Origin: an uncultured Methanosarcinaceae archaeon
GTDB lineage: Archaea; Halobacteriota; Methanosarcinia; Methanosarcinales; Methanosarcinaceae
Reading direction: 5' to 3'
Assembly (NCBI GenBank): GCA_963727895.1
Contig: CAVSHT010000008.1
Span: 227,580-291,579, forward strand
DNA length: 64,000 nucleotides
The translations under genes and the position numbers were made by a program. The notes beneath the pieces were generated by a model, which saw only the letters and a list, made by a program, of their open reading frames with translations, was not told where the DNA came from and made no database searches. Each line of letters starts with the position of its first letter. The stretch's first letter is position 1. Positions 25,243-36,301 of the stretch are shown piece by piece.

Positions 25243-26265
25243 GTGGATTTGAAAATAGATCAAGAGTTTAAAGAATTGATTCCTCCTCTCTCAGCTGAGG
25301 AGCTTACAAATCTTGAGCAGAGCCTATTAACTGAAGGCTGCAGGGACGCTATTCTCACTTGGAATGACTGCATTATTGACGGTCATAATAGGTTTTCCCT
25401 GTGCACTAAGAACAATATACCTTTTAGGGTTGAGGCTAAAGAGTTTGAATCACGAAATGACGTTTGTATATGGATGATTCAAAACCAATTTGGTAGAAGG
25501 AATTTGGGTAATTATACTAAAAGTAGTTTGAGCCTAAAACTTGAGGAGTATTTTAGGGAGAAAGCTAAGGAAAATCTTATAAAGTCCGCTGAAATGACAA
25601 ATACAAAGATAGGAAATTCAACGGGTTGTCAGAAATCTGACAACCCGTTGATTGAGAAGATAGATACTAAAAAAGAACTCTCTAAAATAGCAGGTGTCTC
25701 ATATGATACTATTTACAAAGTCAAAGAAATCCAATCTCAAACACCTGAAACACTCCTCCCTGAATTGGAGCGTCTGATAAATTCAAATGCAGTAAGCATA
25801 AATCAAGCTCATAAATTTATCCGTGCAATAAAAGCACTTCAAGGAAAAGTACCTGATGAGGTCACAGTTGCAAATAAAATTCTTAGTGAGTTCAATCAGA
25901 ATCCTTCTGTTTCCCTTGAAAGTAAGACAAAAGACGTAATACGTGAAACTCAGCGTGCAGAAAGAGACAGGCAATTGAGAGAAGCTGAAGAAAAGAAAAG
26001 ACTCGCTGCAGAGCAGGCTAGACAAGAAAGAGAAGAAAAGGAAAGACTAGAAAGAGAAAGACTCAGGCTTGAAAGAGAAGTAATAGAAAAAGCTGAGCGT
26101 GAACGTCTTGAAAAAGAAAGATTAGAACGGGAGCGCATTAGGCAAGAACAGCTTGAGAAAGAAAGATTAAGACGAGAGCAGTTGGAAAAAGAAAGAGCTG
26201 AAAAAGAGCTCATTCGAAAAGAAAAAGCTGAGCAGGAAAGAATAAAAAGAGAAAAAAAACGTTGA
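25243..26265 (+). CDS. ParB/Srx-like N-terminal domain + HTH + E/R/K-rich helical tail (mobile-element protein)
   Basis: IDQEFKELIPPLS...EGCRDAI..W...IIDGHNR...NQFGRRNL; HTH TKKELSKIAGVSYDTIYK; GGGGAGG before the GTG start. Confidence 0.75.
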   Translation: MDLKIDQEFKELIPPLSAEELTNLEQSLLTEGCRDAILTWNDCIIDGHNRFSLCTKNNIPFRVEAKEFESRNDVCIWMIQNQFGRRNLGNYTKSSLSLKLEEYFREKAKENLIKSAEMTNTKIGNSTGCQKSDNPLIEKIDTKKELSKIAGVSYDTIYKVKEIQSQTPETLLPELERLINSNAVSINQAHKFIRAIKALQGKVPDEVTVANKILSEFNQNPSVSLESKTKDVIRETQRAERDRQLREAEEKKRLAAEQARQEREEKERLERERLRLEREVIEKAERERLEKERLERERIRQEQLEKERLRREQLEKERAEKELIRKEKAEQERIKREKKR

Positions 26266-26394
26266 ATATTTAGAAAAGAGTAAACCATTAATAGATTACG
26301 TAATTACGTTAAAAAATCCGCATAAAAAATAAAAAAAGCACGAAAAGAAAAAATAAAGCAACTTTTGTATAGTTAAAATTCAATAATAATACCC

Positions 26395-27360
26395 ATGACA
26401 TATAAAAAATGTTTTATTATTATGCCAGTTTCCACTCCACCAGAATTAGTTTCTGTTTATAAAGAAGATAGTGATCATTTCCTACATGTCATAGAGCATT
26501 TGTTTATACCTGCAATTAAGGAAGCTGGATTTGAACCAATTAAACCAATAACCGAAGGTTCTGACATTATTCACAGTCATATTATTTCTAATCTTGAGTC
26601 TTCAGACTTAGTACTGTGCGATATGTCTACAAATAATCCGAATGTCTTTTTTGAATTTGGGATTCGTACTGCATTAAATAAACCCGTTTGCGTAGTAAGA
26701 GATTGTTTTGAGGGAAAAGTACCTTTCGATGTCGTTTCAATTAATTATCATATATATTCATCAGATTGGTCTCCATGGAAATTAGAAAATGAAATTGACA
26801 AATTAGCTAAACATATAAAAAATAGTTTTAGTGAAAATGACAACTGTAATCAATTATGGAAATACTTTGGGGCAAAGACACAATCCAAAGAAGATACAGC
26901 CAAAGAAACCAATGGATTAATAAATCCCACTAGATTTAAGAAACTAGAAGGTATTATAGTTGATATAAATCATGGATTAATAAAACGTTGTCCAGAATGT
27001 AAAGAAATATTACAACTAGGAAAATGTTCATCTCATGGAAGAGTTAAGGGTGAATATGACATTTATTTAGAAGCCATACTTTATAATGAATTTTTTGAAT
27101 GTAGCTTGAAAATTAACAGACCAGTTTTAGAGAAATATTTTGAAGTGAGTGTAGCTTCATGTATTGCACTGGCAGCAGATCATTTAGATCCTAGCGTAGT
27201 CAAAGATTTATTTTGGCAACAGCTGATTGGTAAATGGTTTTTGCTGAAAGGACATTATTCCCATATGAGCTTCGATGTTGAGAGCATGGAAATAAATGAT
27301 AATTTCAATCATGTTGACTTCCTCAGATATTACAACAAATGGAAAACCGGAAGAGAATGA
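26395..27360 (+). CDS. Nucleoside 2-deoxyribosyltransferase/N-glycosidase-like domain fused to an RPA-type OB-fold/CCCH zinc-finger domain
   Basis: N-terminal CFIIMP...SDLVLCDMSTNNPNVFFEFGIRTALNKPV...PFDV; C-terminal GIIVDINHGLIKRCPECx8CSSHGRVKGEYDIYLEAIL. Confidence 0.72.
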   Translation: MTYKKCFIIMPVSTPPELVSVYKEDSDHFLHVIEHLFIPAIKEAGFEPIKPITEGSDIIHSHIISNLESSDLVLCDMSTNNPNVFFEFGIRTALNKPVCVVRDCFEGKVPFDVVSINYHIYSSDWSPWKLENEIDKLAKHIKNSFSENDNCNQLWKYFGAKTQSKEDTAKETNGLINPTRFKKLEGIIVDINHGLIKRCPECKEILQLGKCSSHGRVKGEYDIYLEAILYNEFFECSLKINRPVLEKYFEVSVASCIALAADHLDPSVVKDLFWQQLIGKWFLLKGHYSHMSFDVESMEINDNFNHVDFLRYYNKWKTGRE

Positions 27361-27574
27361 ATCAAAAATTGAAATTTTCTCTTTATCTGTGACTTCACCT
27401 TTGATTTCAGCTTTATTCCGATTAACCCCCCGTCACCGCTCTAAGATAGTAGAAAAAGCAAGAAAGCTGAAGTATTTGCTTGTACCTGCAAAAAGAGAAG
27501 AAAACTCGACGTTGTAGCGAAAAGCGACTTAAATGCCCGAAAATAAGTAACTGGTTAAAATAAACACAAATTAA

Positions 27575-27623
27575 GGTTCCGTTGCAAAAAATATCTGCTA
27601 AGGATATAATTAAAATAAAAATG
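27575..27623 (+). mobile_element. IS6 left-end remnant cut by IS1
   Basis: 49 bp identical to the reverse complement of the copy 1/2 left end, immediately followed by an IS1 IR. Confidence 0.88.
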
Positions 27624-28363
27624 GGCTTTGATACTTAAACATAGTTATATACTATTAGAAAGTATATTTCTTCATTAACTGCCCCAGATGCAATAGTTCC
27701 AGTCACAAAAAGAACGGTATAGTTGGCGGGCGTCAACGGTACAAATGCTCTGATTGTGGCTATAACTATACAGTAGAGCTAAAATCAACTGCTTTTTCCG
27801 CTTTTGTAAAAAGACAGGCTTTACAACTCTATCTTGAAGGATTAGGCTTTCGCTCAATAGGAAGAGTTTTAGGGGTGAGTCATGTTTCTGTCCAAAGATG
27901 GATAAAGAAATTTGGTCAGGAGTTAGAGGACCTAAAAAGTGAAAATGAGATATCTATTGTTGAAATGGATGAAATGCACACTTACATCGGTAACAAAAAA
28001 AATATTGCTGGATCTGGATTGCTGTTGATAGAGTTGGGAAAAAGTTCATCAACTGCTCTTTTGGTAGCAGAGGAACAGAAACTGGAAAACTACTCTGGGA
28101 AAAAGTGAAGAAAAAAGAGATTGGAGAAGTAATGACAGATCACTGGAGAGCATATGCAGAGTTTCTTCCAGAAAAGAGTCATACTCAATCAAAAGCAGAA
28201 ACATTTACAGTTGAGGGATATAACAGCATATTGAGGCATTTTCTAGCAAGATTGAGAAGAAAGACAAAGTGTTATACAAAAAGTCTTGAAATGCTAAAGT
28301 ACTCGGTTATTCTATTGATGAAATACAGAAATAAAGAGTTAACTATGTTTAATTAACAATGCC
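27624..28363 (+). mobile_element. IS1-family element, copy 2 (start codon ATG>ATT)
   Basis: GGCTTTGAT...AACAATGCC ends; insA/insB with an A8 slippery site. Confidence 0.93.
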
Positions 28364-28729
28364 TAAATTTTATATTTGTAATGATTCAGCCTAGATAAAA
28401 TAACATCAATATCTATATTTAATAATAATCAATAGACAAATTTCTGTAAATTAATTTTCTTTGATTATTATCAATTGACTACGTTTTTTATTGTTCTGGA
28501 GTTCTTCCTCATACATAAATGGATTATTACTGTTGCCATTGTAACAATATGTAGTTTCCTAAAAGTTATTCTCTTATCAAATGTCCTAATAATAACGATT
28601 TTCTGGCTCCATATTTTCTGAATGTTCAGTTTCTTGAACTTTTCATTTTTTCTATAATCAGGAAGAGACAACCGACGCAACGGTTGTTCCAAAAACCTAA
28701 TATAGAACTGTTTCAATCTAAAAGCTTCG

Positions 28730-29335
28730 ATGACGGTAAAGATTGCATTGCTGGTTTCTGGAAGGGGCTCCAATCTCCAGGCAATTATAGACAGTATTGA
28801 AAAGGGTTATATTAAGAACGCGACAATTAACGTGGTTATATCCAATAAAGCGAATGCTTATGCTCTTGAACGTGCAAGAACTTGTGGAATAAATGTTGTT
28901 TTTCTTGATCCAACCAAGTACGAATGTGAAGAATACGATAAGGCAATCTTGGACGTTTTAAACCAGTACAATACGGATCTTCTTCTGCTTGCAGGTTATT
29001 TCCGGATATTAGGAAGCGAGATAATTGGGGCCTATAGAAACAGGATTATGAATATCCATCCTTCTCTTCTTCCAGCTTTTAGAGGACTTCACGCCCAAAA
29101 ACAAGCCTTTGAATATGGAGTAAAAGTTGCAGGTTGTACAGTGCACTTTGTAGACGAAGGACTGGACTCAGGACCAATAATCATCCAGAAGTGTGTGCCT
29201 GTACTTCCCTGGGATACGGAAGAAACTCTTACTGCCAGAATCCTGGAACAGGAACATATTATCTATCCCGAGGCAGTCAGACTCTTTACCGAGGGTAAAC
29301 TTAAAATTGAGGGTAGAAATGTAGTAACCGAGTGA
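28730..29335 (+). CDS. purN: Phosphoribosylglycinamide formyltransferase
   Basis: VSGRGSNLQA, NIHPSLLPAF, GCTVHFVDEGLDSGPII. Confidence 0.96.
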   Translation: MTVKIALLVSGRGSNLQAIIDSIEKGYIKNATINVVISNKANAYALERARTCGINVVFLDPTKYECEEYDKAILDVLNQYNTDLLLLAGYFRILGSEIIGAYRNRIMNIHPSLLPAFRGLHAQKQAFEYGVKVAGCTVHFVDEGLDSGPIIIQKCVPVLPWDTEETLTARILEQEHIIYPEAVRLFTEGKLKIEGRNVVTE

Positions 29336-29743
29336 TTTGAATAATTAACTATAATTGCTTAAAACCGGAACAGATTTTACCGACTAATAACCTCACTAGT
29401 TTAGTAGTTATTTATATATCTCAAACTTATAGGTATTTCCACGAAATCTTATAGCTATACGGCTTTTTAGATTTCGAAATTTCTTATCATCAAGATTTAG
29501 GAGCTTTTACAAAGAGTATTGAAATTTTAGAATAAAAAAATCCATTAGGAAGGTTTAGAACCTGTTTAACTACACTTCCCTTATTCGGTGGTTCCTATCG
29601 CTGAATGTTGACCTCTTGAGTAACTGTCCAACATGGAAGGCAACTCTTCTATATGTGCATGTTAGCATTGATCAACTCTCTATCCAAACAACAAATGTTT
29701 TTGATTTTAAATGATTTTAAATGAACACTTACAGGTGACATTA

Positions 29744-30982
29744 ATGTCTTATATTGAAAAAATTGACCCGGAATTGTCTGAAGCTATAAAAAAAGAATCC
29801 GAACGCCAGGAATATAAATTGAATCTCATCGCATCTGAAAATTATGCGAGCAAAGCTGTTATGGAAGCTCAGGGATCTATCCTGACCAACAAATATGCCG
29901 AAGGATATTCTGGCAAAAGATACTATGGTGGCTGCGATTTCGTAGACGTTGCTGAAGATCTTGCGATTTCCAGGGCAAAGAAAATCTTTAATGCCAATTA
30001 CGTAAACGTCCAGCCTCATTCAGGTTCAGGAGCAAATATGGCTGTCTATTTCTCGGTTTTACATCCCGGAGACACCATTATGTCCATGGACCTCTCACAC
30101 GGCGGACACCTTTCTCACGGCAGCCCGGTGAGTTTTTCTGGAAAGCTCTTCAATATTGTGCCTTACGGAGTCAGTAAAGATACTGAAACGCTGGATTATT
30201 CCGACCTTCTGAAAAAGGCAAAGGAATTTAAACCAAAAATGATTGTTTGTGGAGCTTCAGCTTATCCTCGAGAACTCGATTTCAAGCAATTTAGAGAGAT
30301 TGCTGATGAGGTTGGGGCTTATATGCTTGCGGATATTGCCCATATTGCAGGGCTTGTAGTTGCAGGTGTGCACCAAAGTCCTGTGCCCTATGCAGATTTT
30401 GTTACCAGCACAACCCATAAAACTCTCCGTGGTCCAAGAGGCGGAATGATTATTTCTAAGACTGAAGAACTTGCTACTGGAATTAACAAAGCAGTTTTCC
30501 CTGGACTTCAGGGTGGGCCTCTCATGCATGTTATAGCTGGAAAGGCGGTAGCTTTTAAAGAAGCAATGGGTGATAAGTTCAAGCAGGACCAGGTTCAGAC
30601 TGTAAAGAATGCAGCAACTCTCTGCAAATGCCTGAAAGAAAAAGGATTTGATATTGTTTCTGGCGGCACGGACAACCATCTTATGCTTGTCAATCTGAAC
30701 AATATGGATATAACAGGCAAGGATGCAGAAGCTGCCATGAGCAAGGCTGGAATTATTGCAAACAAAAATACAGTGCCTTTTGAGACCCGCAGTCCATTTA
30801 TCACAAGTGGTGTAAGGCTTGGAACTCCTGCCTGTACTACAAGGGGCATGAAGGAAGCGGAAATGGAATTAATTGCCGACTATATTGAAACAGCAATCAA
30901 GAATGCAGATAACGATAATATCTTATCGGAAACAAGTGGCAAGATCAAAGAACTCTGTTCAAGGTTCCCGGTTTATCTCTAA
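29744..30982 (+). CDS. glyA: Serine hydroxymethyltransferase
   Basis: [41 protein letters not shown]. Confidence 0.97.
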   Translation: MSYIEKIDPELSEAIKKESERQEYKLNLIASENYASKAVMEAQGSILTNKYAEGYSGKRYYGGCDFVDVAEDLAISRAKKIFNANYVNVQPHSGSGANMAVYFSVLHPGDTIMSMDLSHGGHLSHGSPVSFSGKLFNIVPYGVSKDTETLDYSDLLKKAKEFKPKMIVCGASAYPRELDFKQFREIADEVGAYMLADIAHIAGLVVAGVHQSPVPYADFVTSTTHKTLRGPRGGMIISKTEELATGINKAVFPGLQGGPLMHVIAGKAVAFKEAMGDKFKQDQVQTVKNAATLCKCLKEKGFDIVSGGTDNHLMLVNLNNMDITGKDAEAAMSKAGIIANKNTVPFETRSPFITSGVRLGTPACTTRGMKEAEMELIADYIETAIKNADNDNILSETSGKIKELCSRFPVYL

Positions 30983-31006
30983 TTTAAAAGGTCAGGTGCT
31001 CTACCG

Positions 31007-31870
31007 ATGTTAACTGAAGGCTATGAATCAAGAATCATAGACGGGAAAGGTCTTGCACAGCGCATCGAAGAAGAAGTAAGATCAGGAGTTGAAGCTCTGA
31101 AGAGTAAGCGAGAGGTTACACCTGGGCTTGCTACAATCCTTGTAGGTGACGATCCTGCTTCAAAAATGTATGTCCGCCTGAAGCACAAAGCTTGTGAACG
31201 TGTGGGAATCCGGGCAGAAGATCATTTTCTTCCGGAAGAAACCAGTCAGGAGGAACTTCTCTCTCTTATCACAACTCTTAACAGCGATAAGAATGTTCAT
31301 GGAATTCTGCTTCAGCTTCCGCTTCCTAAACACCTTATCCCTCAGGAAGCGATGGAGGCTATAACTCCTGAGAAAGATGCGGATGGTTTTCATCCCTATA
31401 ATATGGGAAAATTAATGATAGGGGACGAAGGACTTGTTCCCTGTACTCCGCATGGGGTTATTCGGGCGCTTGAAAAATATAATGTACCTGTAAAGGGCAA
31501 AAATGTAGTTGTTGTAGGACACAGTAACGTTGTCGGAAAACCTCTGGCAGCAATGTTCCTTAACCGGAATGCAACAGTTTCGGTTTGCCATGTATTTACA
31601 GATGACCTTCAAAAATATACTCTCGGTGCAGACATTTTAGTGGCAGCGGCTGGAGTTAAACACCTTATTAAAGCTGACATGGTAAAAGAAGGAGTAGTAA
31701 TCTTTGATGTGGGCATTACCAAGGAAGAAGATGGTGTATATGGAGATGTAGACTTCGAAAATGTTGTCAAGAAAGCGTCTCTTATTACGCCTGTCCCTGG
31801 TGGTGTAGGTCCTCTTACAATTGCTATGCTTATGCAGCATGTTCTTAAATGTGCAGAAAATGTTTTTTGA
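31007..31870 (+). CDS. folD: Methylenetetrahydrofolate dehydrogenase/cyclohydrolase
   Basis: [39 protein letters not shown]. Confidence 0.97.
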   Translation: MLTEGYESRIIDGKGLAQRIEEEVRSGVEALKSKREVTPGLATILVGDDPASKMYVRLKHKACERVGIRAEDHFLPEETSQEELLSLITTLNSDKNVHGILLQLPLPKHLIPQEAMEAITPEKDADGFHPYNMGKLMIGDEGLVPCTPHGVIRALEKYNVPVKGKNVVVVGHSNVVGKPLAAMFLNRNATVSVCHVFTDDLQKYTLGADILVAAAGVKHLIKADMVKEGVVIFDVGITKEEDGVYGDVDFENVVKKASLITPVPGGVGPLTIAMLMQHVLKCAENVF

Positions 31871-32282
31871 AGTTTCATTATAAAAATTTTTTACCTAACC
31901 TTTTAATTTTTCTTTTTAAATTTTTGAACTGGTTCTTATCTTTATGCTGTTTTACTGTCTTTTGTGGCTTCTATAAGTAAAATATCCTCTTCATTTCTAG
32001 AACCACTAAATGATAGTTATCACTCACAGATAGTTTGGAGAAACTTTGTTAAATAGAGCAATTTATCGTTTTTCACCTGATCAAGTATGTAAAAAACTTA
32101 ACTTCCAAATTTAAAGAGTAAATCAAAAACCGATTCATTTTAGAAAAACGCTAATTATATCCTGAATATAGACTCCTTACTTATTTCATACTAAAGCAAG
32201 GAAAGTTATCTTGCCTATTTGTGTCAGACTTGGAAATTCAATTTATTATATTTTTCTTGCATATTTATGACAATTGTATTTT

Positions 32283-33043
32283 GGTATTATTAACTAAACA
32301 TAGTTAACTCTTTATTTCTGTATTTCATCAATAGAATAACCGAGTACTTTAGCATTTCAAGACTTTTTGTATCACACTTTGTCTTTCTTCTCAACCTTGC
32401 TAGAAAGTGCCTCAATATGCTGTTATATCTCCCTCAACTGTAAATGTTTCTGCTTTTGATTGAGTATGGATCTTTTCTGGAAGAAACTCTGCATATGCTC
32501 TCCAGTGATCTGTCATCATTTCTCCAATTTATTTTTTCTTCAATTTTTCCCAGAGTAGTTTTCCAGTTTCCGTTCCTCTGATGCCAAAAGAGCAGTTGAT
32601 GAACTTTTTCCCAACTCTATCAACAGCAATCCAGATCCAGCAATATTTTTTTTGTTACCGATGTAAGTGTGCATCTCATCCATTTCAACAATAGATATCT
32701 CACTTTCACTTTTTAGGTTCTCTCACTCTTGACCAAATTTCTTGATCCATTTTTGGACAGAAACATGACTTACCCCTAAAACTCTTCCTATTGAGCGAAA
32801 GCCTAATCCTTCAAGATAGAGTTGTAAAGCCTGTCTTTTTACAGAAGCGGAAAAAGCAGTTGATTTTAGCTCTACTGTATAGTTATAGCCACAATCAGAG
32901 CATTTGTACCGTTGACGTCCGCCAACTATACCATTCTTTTTGTAATTAGAACTATTGCATCTGGGGCAGTTTGAAGAAATATATGTTATAAGTATATATA
33001 TGTTATAAGCATATATATATATATATTTTTGATTACCAATGCC
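32283..33043 (-). mobile_element. IS1-family element, copy 3 (degenerate)
   Basis: IR ends; start codon lost, internal frameshifts, AT duplication at the left end. Confidence 0.9.
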
Positions 33044-33351
33044 CAAAATTAAAGTTAGAAATCTACTAGCTCAAAGCTTTGGAGTTTTCTAAAAGAATAC
33101 AAATTAACATTTGAGTTCAGACATAATAAAGAAGTTATGACAATTAAAATTTTTGATGTCTTGTTTTCTTCTAAATTATCTAATATTTCAAACTTTACAT
33201 GCATCTTTTTTTGGGATTATGTACAAAACAGGATAAATACAACAATTTTTGATGTATCGGAATGTATAAATAGATTTACTCATATGGGGGAAAAGAGAGT
33301 TAAGAATTGTTGGATATAGATTCTTACAAAGGAAACAGAGGGAGTAAAAGA

Positions 33352-33758
33352 ATGAAAATCTGTATAACAGCTAGCGGTGAAGGACTTGAGTCTGAAGTGG
33401 ATCCCAGGTTTGGAAGATGCGGCTACTTTATAATTTATGATCCTGAAACCAGATCTGTAAAGTCCATATCAAACGCTAGCACAGCAGCTGCTGGTGGTGC
33501 AAGTGTGTCAAGGCAGCCGAAATAATTGCAAATGAAGGAGTCAATGTACTCTTAACAGGCAGTGTAGGTCCCAATGCATTTTCTATTTTTTCAGAGCTTG
33601 GTATCGACATTCAGACAGGGGTAAAGGGAACAATTAGAGAAGCTATCAGGCAATATGAAGCTGGAGAACTTCAATCAATATGCAGTCCCAATGGCACTCC
33701 TGGTTATGGCATGAGAAATAGAGGTGGTATGGGGAGACAAATGGGCAGAGGCACGTAA
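33352..33758 (+). pseudogene. NifB/NifX (dinitrogenase FeMo-cofactor-binding family) protein, frameshifted near 33505
   Basis: MKICITA...VDPRFGRCGYF, then in another frame AAEIIANEGVNVLLTGSVGPNA; extra GT in GTGTGT. Confidence 0.8.
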
Positions 33759-33938
33759 GTACTATTTTGATAAAATTAAATAAAAAACCTATAAAGCATA
33801 CACATTCCTCCGTGTATAAAAACGGCATAATTCTTTCTATTTAAAAATATTTAATAGTTGAATATTCTCGAAAATATGATCAATGCAACTCATAGATGTC
33901 TACTAATTAACATAAATTAGATAAATAAAGGTGATAGA

Positions 33939-34313
33939 ATGAAAGTAAATATTCCTACAAGAGATGAAAATGGTCTGGACGGTATTGTTGAACAGCATTT
34001 TGGGAAAGCTCCCACCTACACCATAATAGACACAGAAACCAATCAAGTCACTGTAATTCCTAACACCAGTGAACACATGGGCGGCATTGGACTACCTCCC
34101 GAATACCTTCATCAAAATGGTGTGGACATTATGCTCTGTGCCGGGCTTGGGTTCAAAGCCGTTAACATGTTCGAATCCTATGGAATTAAGGTTTTTGTAG
34201 GGGCTGGCGGCACAGTAAGAGATACATTTGAAGCCTGGAAAGCAGGAAAGCTCCAGATAGCATGTGCTGAAAATTCATGTACTGAACATGGGCACGAAGA
34301 GCATCATCACTAA
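33939..34313 (+). CDS. NifB/NifX-family protein with a His-rich tail
   Basis: VEQHFGKAPTYTIID...GVDIMLCAGLG...HGHEEHHH. Confidence 0.85.
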   Translation: MKVNIPTRDENGLDGIVEQHFGKAPTYTIIDTETNQVTVIPNTSEHMGGIGLPPEYLHQNGVDIMLCAGLGFKAVNMFESYGIKVFVGAGGTVRDTFEAWKAGKLQIACAENSCTEHGHEEHHH

Positions 34314-34420
34314 AATAACAAGTAACAATGCCAGAAAGTGTCAGCAATATTTCAATTTTCTAAAGATTTAATATTCTAACTTGTAAAATGAATTGATGAC
34401 TCTTCTTTAAAGATCTTTAA

Positions 34421-35565
34421 ATGATTGCAAAGGACAACCTGAAACTCGGAATTAAAGCATCAAGAAATGCAACTCTGGCACTTGCATTCCTTACTTTTCT
34501 TAAAGGTGGACTTAAGATAAGCCTTAAAAACAGTGGTAAGCATTTTCCTTATGGATACTACAAAGCAGAGAATATCATAGCTCTTTTTGTTTCTCTATTA
34601 ATCCTGTTTTCTGGCGTTGAATTGTTAAATGAAAGTTTTTCAGATTTAAATGCCACTTCCCAGATTGAGTTTCAAGGGCTTGCTTTTGTAACAGCTGTTT
34701 TTTCAGTAGTTACAATCTATGGCCTTTCTTTATACAAACGAAATGTAGGAGCAAGGATCAATTCTCAGTCCTTGATAGCTGACGCAGTACATTCTTATAC
34801 GGATGTCTTTTCTTCGATGATAGTGGTTGTGGCAATCCTTGGTTCTATGTTGGGGATCTCGAAACTTGACATTTTAGGTACTATTATAATTTCTCTTTTG
34901 ATCTTCAAAATGGGAATCGAAAGTGCCAGAGATGCAGTGCTAATCCTAATGGACGCCTGGCTCGATGAGGAATAAAGTGAGAATAGTTAAAAAACATACT
35001 CAATATTCCAGGTTTGATAGAGCTTGAAGACCTGAAACTACGAAAATCCGGACTTGTAGTTTTCGGGGAAGCCACAGTTAAAGTGGAAGGAGAAATCGAC
35101 CTTAAGAAAGCGGAGCTAATTTAAGAGGAAGTCAAGACAGCCGTTGGAAAAGAAGTAGAAAACCTGGAACACATTGTTGTTAATTTAAAATCAGGACATA
35201 GTGAACATTTAAAGCTGGCTCTTCCTGTTTCCGATAGGAATGGATTTCAGGCAAAGATTTCCGAACATATTGGAAAAGCCTCTTATTTTCTATTTGTAGA
35301 AATAGAAGAGGGCAAGGGTGGAGATTATCAAATTCTTGAAAATCGATTTTCCAATTCTGAAAAAAAAGCAGGTATGAAAGCTGTAGACTTAATCATCCAG
35401 GAAAAAGCAAACGTCCTTGCGGTAAGGACTGTGGGTGAAGGTCCCTACTACATGCTTCGGGATAATTTTATAAGAATCTTGCAAATTCCTCTGGAGGCAG
35501 ACAATGCTAGAGACGTTCTCGCCAGGTTTCAGGACCTTGAAGAAATCACAGCTCCTATGAAATAA
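34421..35565 (+). pseudogene. Cation diffusion facilitator with a C-terminal NifB/NifX domain, degraded
   Basis: HFPYGYYKAE, LIADAVHSYTD, LRKSG and SEHIGKASYF; an internal deletion and stops near 34973 and 35121. Confidence 0.8.
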
Positions 35566-35579
35566 CACGGAGGTAGAAA

Positions 35580-36301
35580 ATGAAAATTGCAATTGCAAGC
35601 GGAAAAGGAGGAACTGGTAAGACCACGGTTTCTTTAAATCTTGCCCTTGCGCTCTCAGATGTACAGCTTTTTGACTGCGACGTGGAAGAGCCTAACTGTA
35701 ATCTTTTTCTTGGTTTTGACCTTGAGAAAGTAGAAGATGTCATTTGCTTGGCACCTGTAATCAATTCAGAAAAATGCAGTATTTGCAGGCGATGTTCGGA
35801 TTTCTGCCGTTATAATGCCCTGGCAGCCCTTCCTACCAGAGTTTTGTTTTTCCCTTCTCTCTGTCATGGATGCGGAGGTTGTACTATTCTCTGCCCTGAG
35901 GAGCAATCCAGGAATCTCAAAGATCTCTTGGAGTAATTGAAAAAGCAAAAGGAAAGGATTCTCTGGAATTTTATAGAGGGCTATTAAACACTGGGGAAAC
36001 GATGACATCGGCTGTTATCAAAACGCTCAAGAAACATATCGATGACCAGAAAACTGCAATTCTCGATACTCCCCCAGGAACTGCCTGCCCGGTAATTGCT
36101 TAGATTAGAGATGTAGATTACTGCGTGCTTGTGACTGAATCAACTCCTTTTGGTCTACATGACCTCAAGCTTGCCGTAGACGTTGTAAAAACGCTTAAAA
36201 TTCCCTTTGTTCGAGAAATGCCGGAATGGAATGAGAAGTTTCTCGGGATTTTTGAAGCGATAAAACTCCAGATTGAGGGCAGAGAGGAAGCGAGAACATG
36301 A
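35580..36301 (+). pseudogene. MinD-like P-loop ATPase with 4Fe-4S insertion, degraded
   Basis: IASGKGGTGKTT, DCDVEEPN and Cys clusters; frameshift near 35905, TAG at 36101, and a deletion before the end. Confidence 0.8.

Noticed and set aside
28730..31870. Folate-dependent purN-glyA-folD genes in a methanogen as a novelty
   Set aside because: Tetrahydrofolate-dependent biosynthetic enzymes are already established for Methanosarcina.
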